Assembly (NCBI GenBank): GCA_003213595.1
Contig: QCMR01000002.1
Location: 64,015-128,014 of the forward strand
Reading direction: 5' to 3'
Source: SAR86 cluster bacterium AG-422-E19
GTDB lineage: Bacteria; Pseudomonadota; Gammaproteobacteria; Magnimaribacterales; AG-339-G14
Length of the DNA stretch: 64,000 bases
Shown here: piece by piece, positions 1-9,390 of the stretch
Layout: each line of letters opens with the position of its first letter
Numbering within the stretch: the stretch's first letter is position 1
Notes under the pieces: model-generated
The model's input: the letters and a program-made list of their open reading frames with translations, nothing else
The model's database searches: none
What the model was told of the DNA's origin: nothing
Position numbers and translations under genes: made by a program

Positions 1-686
1 GATAAAGATACTTGTAATGCATTATCGTGAGCTTTAACGATCGCTTTCAAGCCTGTAATGGCTCCATCTGCCATTCGGCCGGCTAACTTACACGCTTCAT
101 CCAATAAATCTTTTTCAGGGAAAACCTTCCAAATCAATCCCCAAGCTTCTGCTTGAGAGGCACTGATATCTTCTCCTAAAAGAGCCATACCATTAGCTTT
201 AGCCCTACCCAAAAGGTTAGGCACCAACCAGGAGGCTCCAACATCTGAAATAATGCCTAGCTGCGGGCCAAATACCAATTTAAATTTTGCTGAATCGGCA
301 GCTAAAATTAAATCACCACAGAGAGCTAAACCTACGCCACCTCCAGCAGCAATACCGTTAATGGCGTTCACTACAGGTTTAGGACAATTTACAATCTTTC
401 TAACCAAAGGGTTGAAACCGATTTCCATGGCGTTTGCCGTTGATTCGCCAGGAGACCATTTGGGATTACTGGGCCAACCACCACCTGCAAGATCAGCTCC
501 GCTACAAAATCCTCTGCCTTCTCCAGTAAGAACTACTGTCCTAATTGATTGATCCTCATAAGCTTTATCAAATGCTTCAAGCAGCTCATCAATGATTTCT
601 TTGTTAAGGCTATTTAAGACTTTAGGTCTATTTAAGGTAATCACAAAGACTCCCTTTTCTTTTATTTCAGTTTTCAATGTATCCAT
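1..686 (-). CDS. enoyl-CoA hydratase/isomerase (crotonase) family protein, C-terminus cut by window edge
   Basis: Own minus-strand translation from ATG (cat 684-686): MDTLKTEIKEKGVFVITLNRPKVLNSLN...VVLTGEGRGFCSGADL...INGIAAGGGVGLAL. This is a crotonase-type fold with oxyanion-hole motifs. It is absent from the ORF track because it is open at the window edge. The + ORF 253-552 is its antisense shadow. Confidence 0.8.
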   Translation of the reverse strand, partial: MDTLKTEIKEKGVFVITLNRPKVLNSLNKEIIDELLEAFDKAYEDQSIRTVVLTGEGRGFCSGADLAGGGWPSNPKWSPGESTANAMEIGFNPLVRKIVNCPKPVVNAINGIAAGGGVGLALCGDLILAADSAKFKLVFGPQLGIISDVGASWLVPNLLGRAKANGMALLGEDISASQAEAWGLIWKVFPEKDLLDEACKLAGRMADGAITGLKAIVKAHDNALQVSL

Positions 687-796
687 CTTTACCTCTATAT
701 TTATTCAAACTTTAGCACTTATGCAAAAAAGCTATATATATCTAATAATTAGAACTGAAATATTTTATATAACTTTGAAGTATATATAGTACCTAC

Positions 797-1438
797 ATGC
801 TAAATACAGATGACAACAATTTTGTATCGAACGAATCAATTGGAGCTCAACTTCATACTCCCCCTGAGAGTTTCAGTGATTCGTTCGCGCTCTTTATTAC
901 CAAAACTTTAAGATTCTTTGCAGATACTCTTTTCCGTAAAAGATATGGTCATCGTGCTGTTGTATTGGAAACCGTTGCAGGTGTACCTGGGATGGTTGCT
1001 GGTGTAGTACATCACTTGAGATCTCTTAGAAATATGAAAGACGATAACGGTATGATCAAGGAACTTCTTGATGAGGCAGAAAACGAAAGGATGCATTTGA
1101 TGACTTTCATTGAAATTGCCAATCCTTCAAAATTTGAAAGATTTTTAATTCTTTTAGCACAAATATTTTTTGGAATTTTCTATACTTTTCTTTATATCTT
1201 TTTCAAAAAGACTGCTCACAGAATGATTGGTTATTTTGAAGAAGAAGCAGTTATGTCTTATTCAGAATATTTAGCTGAAATCGATAATGGAAAAATTTTA
1301 AATCGCCCTGCTCCACAAATTGCTATTGATTATTGGAATCTGGGATTAGACGCATCACTTAGAGATGTAGTCATTGCAGTTAGAGCTGATGAAGCGGGTC
1401 ACCGTGATAAAAATCACGAATTTGCAGACCAAATTTAA
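797..1438 (+). CDS. aox: alternative oxidase (cyanide-insensitive ubiquinol oxidase, di-iron carboxylate)
   Basis: All four AOX iron-ligand motifs are present: LETVAGVPGMV, ENERMHLMTF, FEEEAVMSY and RADEAGHRDKNH. Confidence 0.9.
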   Translation: MLNTDDNNFVSNESIGAQLHTPPESFSDSFALFITKTLRFFADTLFRKRYGHRAVVLETVAGVPGMVAGVVHHLRSLRNMKDDNGMIKELLDEAENERMHLMTFIEIANPSKFERFLILLAQIFFGIFYTFLYIFFKKTAHRMIGYFEEEAVMSYSEYLAEIDNGKILNRPAPQIAIDYWNLGLDASLRDVVIAVRADEAGHRDKNHEFADQI

Positions 1439-1448
1439 TTTTAAATCG

Positions 1449-1524
1449 TGGAGCGAGTAACGGGGTTCGAACCCGTGGCCTCGACCTTGGCAAGGTCGCG
1501 CTCTACCAGCTGAGCTATACTCGC
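1449..1524 (-). tRNA. tRNA-Gly (GCC)
   Basis: Reverse complement reads GCGAGTATAGCTCAGCTGGTAGAGCGCGACCTTGCCAAGGTCG...GGTTCGAACCCCGTTACTCGCTCCA. Acceptor stem is 7 bp, the anticodon loop is TTGCCAA, and a T-loop and encoded CCA are present. Confidence 0.9.
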
Positions 1525-1617
1525 GAGTAATTCAATTTACTCTGAGAAATAAGTTATTTCAAGTTTGATAGAATTTTTTTTTAGGAAAAGTTTATCTTGA
1601 GATGGTAGATTAATTTT

Positions 1618-2355
1618 ATGACAAAGCTTACAGAATTCAAAAAGCTTGTAGAAAATTCATCTTACCCAGTATTCTTTACAGGTGCTGGCATAAGTACCGA
1701 CTCCGGAATTCCAGATTTCAGAGGGCCGAATGGTTTCTGGAAAAAAAATACACCAATTTATTATCAAGATTTTATGTCATCCGATGATATGAGAAAAAAG
1801 TATTGGGAACAAAGTGTGAATTTCAAAAGTAATTTCTCAACATTCAAACCCAATAAAGGGCACGAGGCCATAGCGACCATTATCAATTCGAAAGAGAACG
1901 GGCATTGTGTTACTCAAAATGTAGATAATTTACATCAAGCAGCGGGTCTCGCAGATGCTCAGGTTACAGAAATACATGGTAATGCTACTTATGCGGTATG
2001 CCTAAACTGTGAAAAGAAATTTGAGCTTGAACCCATTCATCTGGCATTCAAAGAAAATCAAGAGCCCCCCACCTGTCAGGATTGCAAAGGTTTTATAAAA
2101 ACGGCGACCATATCTTTTGGTCAGCCCATGCCAGAGAAAGAAATGATGCGTGCTCAAAATGAGGCTGCAAATTGCGATCTCATGGTTGCAGTAGGTTCGT
2201 CACTTGTAGTTTATCCAGCTGCAACGATTCCTTTGCTCGGCAAACAAAGCGGTGCCAAGTTTGTCATTTTAAATAATGAGCCTACCGAAATGGATCAGTA
2301 TGCAGATTTAGTCATCAATGCCAGCATCAGTGAAACTTTTGATGCTATTCTCTAA
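1618..2355 (+). CDS. cobB: NAD-dependent protein deacylase, Sir2/CobB family
   Basis: Motifs GAGISTDSGIPDFRG, QNVDNLH and catalytic HG are present, plus a Zn ribbon CLNC...CQDC. The 245-aa length is typical of housekeeping bacterial sirtuins. Confidence 0.88.
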   Translation: MTKLTEFKKLVENSSYPVFFTGAGISTDSGIPDFRGPNGFWKKNTPIYYQDFMSSDDMRKKYWEQSVNFKSNFSTFKPNKGHEAIATIINSKENGHCVTQNVDNLHQAAGLADAQVTEIHGNATYAVCLNCEKKFELEPIHLAFKENQEPPTCQDCKGFIKTATISFGQPMPEKEMMRAQNEAANCDLMVAVGSSLVVYPAATIPLLGKQSGAKFVILNNEPTEMDQYADLVINASISETFDAIL

Positions 2356-2464
2356 AGACTTTCTTCCTTATATTTTTTTTTAATTTTTTTTGACCGCTGG
2401 GGAAGAATTTTATATATTTCGTTTTGTCCCTTGTGCTCTTGGGGGAGACATGTGCAAGGGGCTC

Positions 2465-2506
2465 AAAAAAAAACCCTAGCTTTAAAAGCTAGGGTTTTTC
2501 TTTTTT
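2465..2506. terminator. bidirectional rho-independent terminator between convergent cobB and proteorhodopsin
   Basis: The stem aaccctagc / gctagggtt (2472-2496) is flanked by an A-run upstream and a T-run downstream. Confidence 0.7.
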
Positions 2507-2513
2507 GTCAGTA

Positions 2514-3203
2514 TTAAGCAGTTGAATCTGATTTAGCAGCTGCCCATATTGCTAGACCAAATGCTGTTTTGTTGATCAAATCAGCTAGGTTATAGACAAT
2601 ATTTAATGCTTCATTATTGACTCCGCCTGCGAAGTAACCAAGCGCGTAACCAACTGGGTATATAGCCCAACCTACAGTTACAATCCATTTAATTGTGTTA
2701 AATGCGCTTTGACTTGCAGAGTTTCCACTAGAGGCATTGGCTGCAGCAGTCTCACCAAGAAATATCTCATAAATGATATATATCCAAGCAATCATTCCAA
2801 CAGCAAAACCTACTGAAGGTGCCCATAGTCCAGTTTCACCAAGATAACCACCAACAAGCATTACAATTGATGCGATAAGTAAACGCCAGAATATACCAGC
2901 ACTTACAACCGTAACAGCCGCAACAATTAAGTAAAACTCAATGATTTGAAGTGGCACTGTGATTAACCAGTCAATGTATCTAAATACCGTAGGGGAAGCT
3001 CCCATATCTGACCACATTCCTCTCATGTAAAGGTAGTGCCAGAACGCAATACCAGTAACAAGACCAGCAACGGTTAATGAAGTTCTCCACTTACCTGATA
3101 CGTCTTGTCTTTCTACGAAAAAGAATACTGTCGACGCTAACATAATAGCAGTCGCAATCCAGAACGAGATACCTACGTAATCATTTGTAGCTAAATAGCT
3201 CAT
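2514..3203 (-). CDS. proteorhodopsin, blue-absorbing type (Gln at the spectral tuning position)
   Basis: Aligns along its length to SAR86 green PR. Conserved elements: FWHY (His75), RYIDW (Asp97 acceptor), VPLQIIEFY (Gln105, Glu108 donor), NLADLINK (Schiff-base Lys). I chose the ATG at 3201-3203, which follows GGGAGGA. The track's upstream TTG start lacks an SD. Confidence 0.95.
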   Translation of the reverse strand: MSYLATNDYVGISFWIATAIMLASTVFFFVERQDVSGKWRTSLTVAGLVTGIAFWHYLYMRGMWSDMGASPTVFRYIDWLITVPLQIIEFYLIVAAVTVVSAGIFWRLLIASIVMLVGGYLGETGLWAPSVGFAVGMIAWIYIIYEIFLGETAAANASSGNSASQSAFNTIKWIVTVGWAIYPVGYALGYFAGGVNNEALNIVYNLADLINKTAFGLAIWAAAKSDSTA

Positions 3204-3289
3204 AAATCCTCCCAAAAGTGATTTAATTTATAAATTAACTCTCCTAAATGAGTTATGTCCTAGATGATATACGTAATTTTTGAAAAACT

Positions 3290-4663
3290 CTAGGTTTTAA
3301 GTTTTATCCACCGACCAGATTCGAAGCGATATGTAAAGAGAATTCCTTTAACAATATAGTCGATAATCAAACTACCAAAAATGTATTCAATTGGAAAATT
3401 CAGCCAAACAAAAAGGCCGGCAAAAGTAAGCCTAAAAAAAATTAGACTTATTGTAACGATGTAGAGCGGAGATTTTGTGTCCCCCGCACCACGTAAAGCT
3501 CCGCCCAAAGCAAATTCCAAAGCCATTAAGGGCTGCATTATCCCCAGGAGCCAGACAAATAAAACTGTCAAACGAATGACTTCAGGATCATCGACAAAAA
3601 AACTAGCAATTGGGCGAGATGCTAAAGCTAAAACAATACCTAAAATACCCATGGAAACCATAGTCAGCCCTGCAGAACGCCAACCACTTCGTTTTGCTTC
3701 TTTAGGATTTTCTGCGCCTATGAATTGTCCGGTTAAAGTAGCACCAGCGACCGTAAAGCCTTGACCAACCATGAAAGAGAGCATCAAAATATTTATACCG
3801 ACATTGTAAGCAGCAATTGGTGCGTTTCCATATAAGGAAATAATCCAAAAATAAAGAAGGAGGCCCAATTGAAACACGCCCTGCTCTAGTCCAGCCGGAG
3901 TAGATACATGAATCAATTCTCTAAACCGAGAAAAAGAAAAACTAGCAAGTTTTGGTAAAGGAATAGTAATGATTCTAGAAAGCCAAACTAAAATTCCCAA
4001 TATTGCGCCAATAGCAAAAGATATACCTCCAGCATATGCTGCTCCAACAACGCCAAGTTCGGGAAATCCAAACCGTCCATTCACAAATCCAATCAAGAGG
4101 AAAATATTTATTATGTTTTGAATTAAGCCTAAATAAAGAGGCGTCTTCACATCCCCTGCAGCTCTAATTGCCGCACCTTGAACAATAGAAACTCCAAAAG
4201 CAGGAGCGAACAAAATAAGTACTTTTAAATAATCTACAGCTAAATCTTTTGCTTCTGCCTCCAAACCAAAAAGACTCATTAAATCTTCCCCAGCAACCCA
4301 AATGACAAAAATGGAGATAAAGCTTAAAAAGATACTAATTAAAATTGAGTCATATAAGACTTGGCTAGCTTCCTGATATCGTCTTGCGCCATAAGCTCTT
4401 GCAACTAAAGCAGTAGTCCCAGTTGAAATTGCCATCATGATGGATTGAATTACAAAAAAGATTCGACCGCCTGTGCCGACAGCAGCAACTGCATCTGTAC
4501 CTAAATTTCCCACGGCTTTCAATGCAACCACACCAACAGAAGCATAAAGAATGTTTGCTAATATTGATGGCCATGCAAGGCCCCATACAGAAAGTGTTTC
4601 AGGACTAGCTACCTTTTCAGTTGATTCATCGTCAATATCTGTACGAGCAGTAGATTCTTGCAT
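3290..4663 (-). CDS. MATE family efflux transporter
   Basis: 457 aa with about 12 hydrophobic segments. The two-halves architecture and sequence patterns are typical of NorM/DinF-type MATE proteins. Confidence 0.8.
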   Translation of the reverse strand: MQESTARTDIDDESTEKVASPETLSVWGLAWPSILANILYASVGVVALKAVGNLGTDAVAAVGTGGRIFFVIQSIMMAISTGTTALVARAYGARRYQEASQVLYDSILISIFLSFISIFVIWVAGEDLMSLFGLEAEAKDLAVDYLKVLILFAPAFGVSIVQGAAIRAAGDVKTPLYLGLIQNIINIFLLIGFVNGRFGFPELGVVGAAYAGGISFAIGAILGILVWLSRIITIPLPKLASFSFSRFRELIHVSTPAGLEQGVFQLGLLLYFWIISLYGNAPIAAYNVGINILMLSFMVGQGFTVAGATLTGQFIGAENPKEAKRSGWRSAGLTMVSMGILGIVLALASRPIASFFVDDPEVIRLTVLFVWLLGIMQPLMALEFALGGALRGAGDTKSPLYIVTISLIFFRLTFAGLFVWLNFPIEYIFGSLIIDYIVKGILFTYRFESGRWIKLKT

Positions 4664-4687
4664 GCTTAAAAAATTAAGGGATATATG

Positions 4688-6697
4688 TTATTTAAAAGAA
4701 TAACTAAATCCGAATCGCCATTGTATCGGAAGACCTGGAAAATATCTTTGTCCAGAAAAAGAGGAGTAATCTGCACGTTCGGCATAACGCTTATTGAATA
4801 AGTTGAGAATACTGAAGTTGATATCAAGGTTTGGAGTCAAATTATAAAAACCTCTAAAGTTGGTTAAATAATGTCCAGGATAGCTATATTGGTTTGCAGG
4901 ATCGGTAAAGTATTTGCCCAAATATTCTTCTTCAATTTGAAGGGTTAGCTTTTCAAGCGGAAAGATATTAAAAAATATACTACCTTGCATTCTGGGAGCC
5001 GTATCAATCAAATTGCCTTCATAAACTCCAATGGATGAAAAGGAATAATCATAAAGATGTTCTGCAAAGCTCCAAGCATATTTGATCATTAGCATAGGAG
5101 TTACATCCACTGACCCAGAAATTTCAATGCCTTGATGTTTTGATTTTCCTCCAGCTACGGTTGACGCATCATTGTCTTTATAGATGTAATTATTTTTCTT
5201 TGAAGAAAATAAAACAAATTTGTTTAAAAAGTCATCTCCAGTTGAAAGAATTCCAAATTCTAGGGAATCTATTTTTTCAGAATTTAAGTCCGCCAAAGTT
5301 TGTGCTTTTTGCAGTCTAAAAAGCTCATTTATTTGAGGTGGTCTAAAACCTTTACTGAACTGCAAAAAGAATTCATTTATCATTACTTTCTTGGAAAAAC
5401 CAAACCTAAAGGAATTGTCAGAAAACGAAATGTCAGCGTCAGCAGGTCTTGAGTAATAACACCCGCCAAATCCGCATGCCGAACCATCGGCTCTGGTTCT
5501 GCCGTCAAGCATCAGATTATCGTAATCGTAATTTAATCTCTGAGTTCTAACATTTGAAAAAATTTTAAAATCATCATCAGTTATGAATTCATGAGACAAA
5601 AATAAAGCAAATAAATTTGTGTCGACTTCAAAGTCATAATGAAAGCCCTGAGGCCTTACCGCATTGTTAAAAGCTGAACTGGTTGTTAGTTTGTTTTCCT
5701 GAAATTCTTCTAGTTGAATTCCAGCCATTTCAAAGTTAATTCCAAAAGAAAGTTTGTGGTTGGGAAAGCTTTTTACGTCCATTAAAAAATTCAGACCCGA
5801 ACTGGTTTGACTGTTTTTTTCTAAAGGCTTGCCAGGCAAATAGTGCTGGATGAAATCCATCTTGCTATACCTTAGGTACGGTCTTAACTGAAATTCAAAA
5901 TTAGCTTTAATTTGAGTTAAAAGCGTATTTAAGCGCAATGACTTGGCATCCCGATAGGCTTCTGGATTGACATTCGTTAATCTTAAACTTGATTTATAAG
6001 AGCTGATATAACCTGCCGTTTCTTGATTGAGGTTGGTTAAGTTTAAAAGTGTTGTAGCTTGCCAGTTCTTAATTTTGTTTTTGGATTTAAAAGCCAATTT
6101 TTGTTGGTCAAAACCACTGGAATCTCTAAATCCTTGATCTCTGTTTAAAGCGACTCCCAAGGACCAATTGGTTGTTTCCTGATATTGAAAAGATGCTTTG
6201 AAAGACTCATCGCCATTTACTTCTGTCTTTAAATAATTATCTGCAGAAATCTCAAGAGATTGAAAGTTAATTGCTCCATGCAAAGCATTACCGCCAAACC
6301 TAGCACTTGATGGGCCTTTTAAGATTTCAACCTTAGAGGCTAAGTTTGTTGAAACCTCAAATAGATTATTGACGTTACAAAATCCGGCTGGCCTGATTGG
6401 CAAACCATCCTCCAAAATCAAGAAAGAACCGCAAGCTCCTGAGCCAGTTAATACTGGCGATCTCAAGGAAATTAAGCTTTCTTGACCCGATCCTCTACTG
6501 ATCCAACTACCTGCTGAAGAATTGAAAAGTTCTTTGTTGTGAGTAACGTTTAAAAAACTAATTTCGTCAGATGAGATTGTTTCTAAAGAAGGCTTGAAGT
6601 TCCAATTTTGATTGGTAGAGACCGTAAGCTCTTCATTCGTTTCTGTAAGAAAGGAAAAACTAGAAAAGAATAATAATAAAAAGAAAACAAAAGGCAT
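4688..6697 (-). CDS. TonB-dependent outer-membrane receptor
   Basis: Has an N-terminal signal peptide and the plug motif EILKGPSSARFGGNALHGAINF. A long beta-barrel region rich in alternating aromatics follows, and the protein ends ...WRFGFSYSFK. Confidence 0.85.
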   Translation of the reverse strand: MPFVFFLLLFFSSFSFLTETNEELTVSTNQNWNFKPSLETISSDEISFLNVTHNKELFNSSAGSWISRGSGQESLISLRSPVLTGSGACGSFLILEDGLPIRPAGFCNVNNLFEVSTNLASKVEILKGPSSARFGGNALHGAINFQSLEISADNYLKTEVNGDESFKASFQYQETTNWSLGVALNRDQGFRDSSGFDQQKLAFKSKNKIKNWQATTLLNLTNLNQETAGYISSYKSSLRLTNVNPEAYRDAKSLRLNTLLTQIKANFEFQLRPYLRYSKMDFIQHYLPGKPLEKNSQTSSGLNFLMDVKSFPNHKLSFGINFEMAGIQLEEFQENKLTTSSAFNNAVRPQGFHYDFEVDTNLFALFLSHEFITDDDFKIFSNVRTQRLNYDYDNLMLDGRTRADGSACGFGGCYYSRPADADISFSDNSFRFGFSKKVMINEFFLQFSKGFRPPQINELFRLQKAQTLADLNSEKIDSLEFGILSTGDDFLNKFVLFSSKKNNYIYKDNDASTVAGGKSKHQGIEISGSVDVTPMLMIKYAWSFAEHLYDYSFSSIGVYEGNLIDTAPRMQGSIFFNIFPLEKLTLQIEEEYLGKYFTDPANQYSYPGHYLTNFRGFYNLTPNLDINFSILNLFNKRYAERADYSSFSGQRYFPGLPIQWRFGFSYSFK

Positions 6698-6708
6698 GAG
6701 AGATTATA

Positions 6709-6741
6709 TAAAAAAAGCAGGTAAGTTTCCTTACCTGCTTT
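6709..6741 (-). terminator. rho-independent terminator after amtB
   Basis: 10-bp stem agcaggtaag/cttacctgct (6716-6739) with a 4-nt loop. On the minus strand it is followed by a T-run. Confidence 0.65.
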
Positions 6742-6759
6742 TAGGGGGAGGATAATTAA

Positions 6760-7986
6760 TTAATCTTTAAATTCAGGGTAAGCTTCTACTCCGATTTCTG
6801 AAGCGTCTAATCCTGAAGTTTCTTCTTCCTCTGAAGGTCTCAAACCAAGTATTGCATTTAGAACAAGTAGTGTTCCTGCACTTGTTATGAAAGCCCAAAG
6901 GAATATTGAGATAGCTCCAATTGCTTGAGTACCAAAAGCTCCTGCACCAGAAAGTGGAGTTGCCATGATTCCCCAGATGCCTACTGTACCGTGAGCAGAA
7001 ATAGCACCTACTGGATCATCTATTTTCAATACTGTGTCTAAGAAAACAACTGAGAAGTAAACGATAATTCCACCTATGAATCCAATAATAGTGGATAGTC
7101 CACCAGATGGAGTGTCAGGTGCAGCTGTGATTGCAACCAAACCTGCAATGGCACCATTTATTGCCATTGTTACATCAGCCTTACCAGTTAAGACTTTTGC
7201 AATTAGTAAGGCCCCTATTACACCACCTGCTGCAGAAGCATTAGTGTTTAGGAAAACCTGAGCAACAGCATTTGCATTTGCGGCGTCATTTACTGCAAGT
7301 TGAGAACCTCCATTGAAACCAAACCAACCTAACCATAGGATTAGTGCACCTAAAGCTGCAATTGGAATGTTCGAACCTCTCATAACTCTAACTGACCCAT
7401 CAGCAGAGTATTTTCCAGATCTTGGACCTAGGATGATTACAGCTGCTAAAGCTGCAGCAGCACCACAAAGGTGTACCACTCCTGAACCAGCAAAATCAGT
7501 GTAGCCGATAGCATCTAACCATCCGCCACCCCATTTCCAGTATCCTTGAACTGGATAAATAAATCCTGTTAAAACGATTGCAAATAGGAAAAAAGGTATA
7601 AGTTTCATTCTTTCAGCTACAGCACCAGAGATAATTGACATTGCTGTAGCAACGAAAACAACCTGGAAGAAAAAGTCAGCTGCATCTGAATAACCTAAAT
7701 CCGTATTAAAAGTTAAACCGTCTAAAGACATTCCCCAGGTGCTACCTAGCATTGGGAAATATGCGTTGTAAACGCTATCGCCTGGATACATCAAAAAGAA
7801 GCCACATACCAAGTACATGACACACGCAATTGAATAAAGACCTAAGTTCTTAGTAACAATTTCAGATACGTTCTTAGCTCTAACTAAACCAGCCTCTAGC
7901 ATAGTGAAACCTGCAGCCATCCACATTACGAAAGCTCCAGAGATCAATAGATAAAAAGTATTTAAGGCATACTCTAATTCACTCAT
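6760..7986 (-). CDS. amtB: ammonium transporter
   Basis: 408 aa polytopic protein with Amt/MEP signatures (DFAGSGVVHL, twin-His region). It is directly coupled to glnK. Confidence 0.95.
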   Translation of the reverse strand: MSELEYALNTFYLLISGAFVMWMAAGFTMLEAGLVRAKNVSEIVTKNLGLYSIACVMYLVCGFFLMYPGDSVYNAYFPMLGSTWGMSLDGLTFNTDLGYSDAADFFFQVVFVATAMSIISGAVAERMKLIPFFLFAIVLTGFIYPVQGYWKWGGGWLDAIGYTDFAGSGVVHLCGAAAALAAVIILGPRSGKYSADGSVRVMRGSNIPIAALGALILWLGWFGFNGGSQLAVNDAANANAVAQVFLNTNASAAGGVIGALLIAKVLTGKADVTMAINGAIAGLVAITAAPDTPSGGLSTIIGFIGGIIVYFSVVFLDTVLKIDDPVGAISAHGTVGIWGIMATPLSGAGAFGTQAIGAISIFLWAFITSAGTLLVLNAILGLRPSEEEETSGLDASEIGVEAYPEFKD

Positions 7987-8335
7987 TTATATTCTCCTTT
8001 ATAGCGTCCTCACCAGTTTCTCCTGTTCTGATTCGAACGACTTCGTTAAGTTCTGTTACAAAAATCTTGCCATCACCAATTTCGCCGGTATTTGCGACTT
8101 CTCGCACGGCTCTGATAATGTTTTCGACATCATCGTCTTTACAAGCAACTTTGAACATCGTTTTAGGTTTTGTATCTACTTCATAACTAGCACCACGGTA
8201 TGTTTCAGAATGACCTTTCTGAGTACCAAAACCTTGGGCAGAAACAATAGTAGCTCCACCAGTACCAATTGTAGATAAAGCTCTCTTGACCCCATCAGAC
8301 CTAGAAGGCTTAACAACAATTGTTAAAAGTTTCAT
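7979..8335 (-). CDS. glnK: nitrogen regulatory protein P-II
   Basis: P-II fold with T-loop GTQKGHSETYRGASY (Tyr51-equivalent present) and the motif GDGKIFV. It overlaps amtB by 8 nt. Confidence 0.9.
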   Translation of the reverse strand: MKLLTIVVKPSRSDGVKRALSTIGTGGATIVSAQGFGTQKGHSETYRGASYEVDTKPKTMFKVACKDDDVENIIRAVREVANTGEIGDGKIFVTELNEVVRIRTGETGEDAIKENINE

Positions 8336-8425
8336 ATCTTCACCTAATTAAAGATTAATTCCATGAATTATAGAGTGATGAAAATCAAAGTTTTTTGTTA
8401 ATAAATTATAAAAAAACCGCGTTTT

Positions 8426-8484
8426 TGCACTAAAAGTTTTCAAAACTTAATGTTTTAAAATTAAATTTGCACCAACTATGGGCA
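8426..8484 (-). promoter_or_regulatory. possible NtrC-type enhancer half-palindromes upstream of glnK-amtB
   Basis: TGCACCAACTATGGGCA (8468-8484) and the weaker TGCACTAAAAGTTTTCA (8426-8442) resemble TGCACC-N5-GGTGCA and are centred 42 bp apart. I found no convincing sigma54 -24/-12 element. A perfect TATAAT lies on the minus strand at 8367-8372. Confidence 0.25.
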
Positions 8485-8513
8485 GTTTAAATAAGGATTG
8501 ATGGAATATTTTC

Positions 8514-8588
8514 TGGCGTCCCCTAGGGGGATCGAACCCCTGTTGCCGAGATGAAAACCCGGTGTCCTAACCGCTAGACGAAGGGGAC
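8514..8588 (-). tRNA. tRNA-Glu (UUC)
   Basis: Reverse complement reads GTCCCCTTCGTCTAGCGGTTAGGACACCGGGTTTTCATCTCGG...GGTTCGATCCCCCTAGGGGACGCCA. The acceptor stem pairs, the anticodon loop is TTTTCAT, and CCA is encoded. Confidence 0.9.
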
Positions 8589-8613
8589 ACAGAAAAAAAA
8601 TGATTTTATCAGA

Positions 8614-9357
8614 CTAATTTTTTTTGTTAAGTATTTGTTCTATCTTAGACAAAAAACCTCTAAGGATACCCGTTTCCAAATTATCTGGTTGCAAACGTTT
8701 AATTAGTCTCCGCACTCTGGTTCTTACTTGTTTAGGATTTTCCTGATCGTAAAAATCTATCAGCTTCATCACTTTATCAAAATGATCAATTAAGTACTCA
8801 TTATCTTGAAAGGTTTGAGTTTCATCCTTTAATTCAGTTGTTGAATTAATATTATCAATTTCCATTTTTATAACATAAGAAATTATTTGTACCGCATGAG
8901 ATAAATTTAAAGATGAAAAGCTTTCATCAGTTGGAATCTTTAGATGGTAATCGCACAATTGCAACTCCTCATTGGTGAGACCACTTATTTCTCTTCCAAA
9001 AACAAAGCAAATTTTAGTATTGATGTTTTCTAGAGCGGTCTTCAAAATCTTAGTTAACTCTGATGAGGTTTTTGTTGGCCACGGAATTGTCCTGGTTCTT
9101 GCACTAGTACCAAAAATTAAAGTAGCATCTTTTAAAGAACCAGTTAGATCTTGATAAATCTTTACATTCTCCAATATGTCCTTTGCTCCTTTGGCTCTGT
9201 AAAAAGATTCATCATTAGGAAAATCTTTTGGATTGATTAAAGAAAGATTTTTAAATCCCATATTTTTAATAGCTCTCGCTGAAGCTCCAATATTTCCTGG
9301 ATGAGAAGGCTCAACCAAAATGAATTCAATTTTATTTTTAAGTGAAGAATCAGACAC
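8614..9357 (-). CDS. trmJ: tRNA (cytidine/uridine-2'-O)-methyltransferase, SpoU/TrmH class
   Basis: N-terminal ILVEPSHPGNIGASARAIKNMGF and SPOUT knot motifs are present. It lies divergent to suhB, as in E. coli. Confidence 0.8.
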   Translation of the reverse strand: MSDSSLKNKIEFILVEPSHPGNIGASARAIKNMGFKNLSLINPKDFPNDESFYRAKGAKDILENVKIYQDLTGSLKDATLIFGTSARTRTIPWPTKTSSELTKILKTALENINTKICFVFGREISGLTNEELQLCDYHLKIPTDESFSSLNLSHAVQIISYVIKMEIDNINSTTELKDETQTFQDNEYLIDHFDKVMKLIDFYDQENPKQVRTRVRRLIKRLQPDNLETGILRGFLSKIEQILNKKN

Positions 9358-9390
9358 TTTAATAGTTTACAATTCTTTTTTTAAAACACC

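Noticed and set aside
1618-2355. Sir2-domain protein as an anti-phage defence effector (Thoeris, DSR or SIR2-HerA type)
   Set aside because: It is a short canonical CobB-type sirtuin with a Zn ribbon and has no partner genes (ThsB/TIR, HerA, pAgo). The flanking genes are a tRNA and proteorhodopsin.
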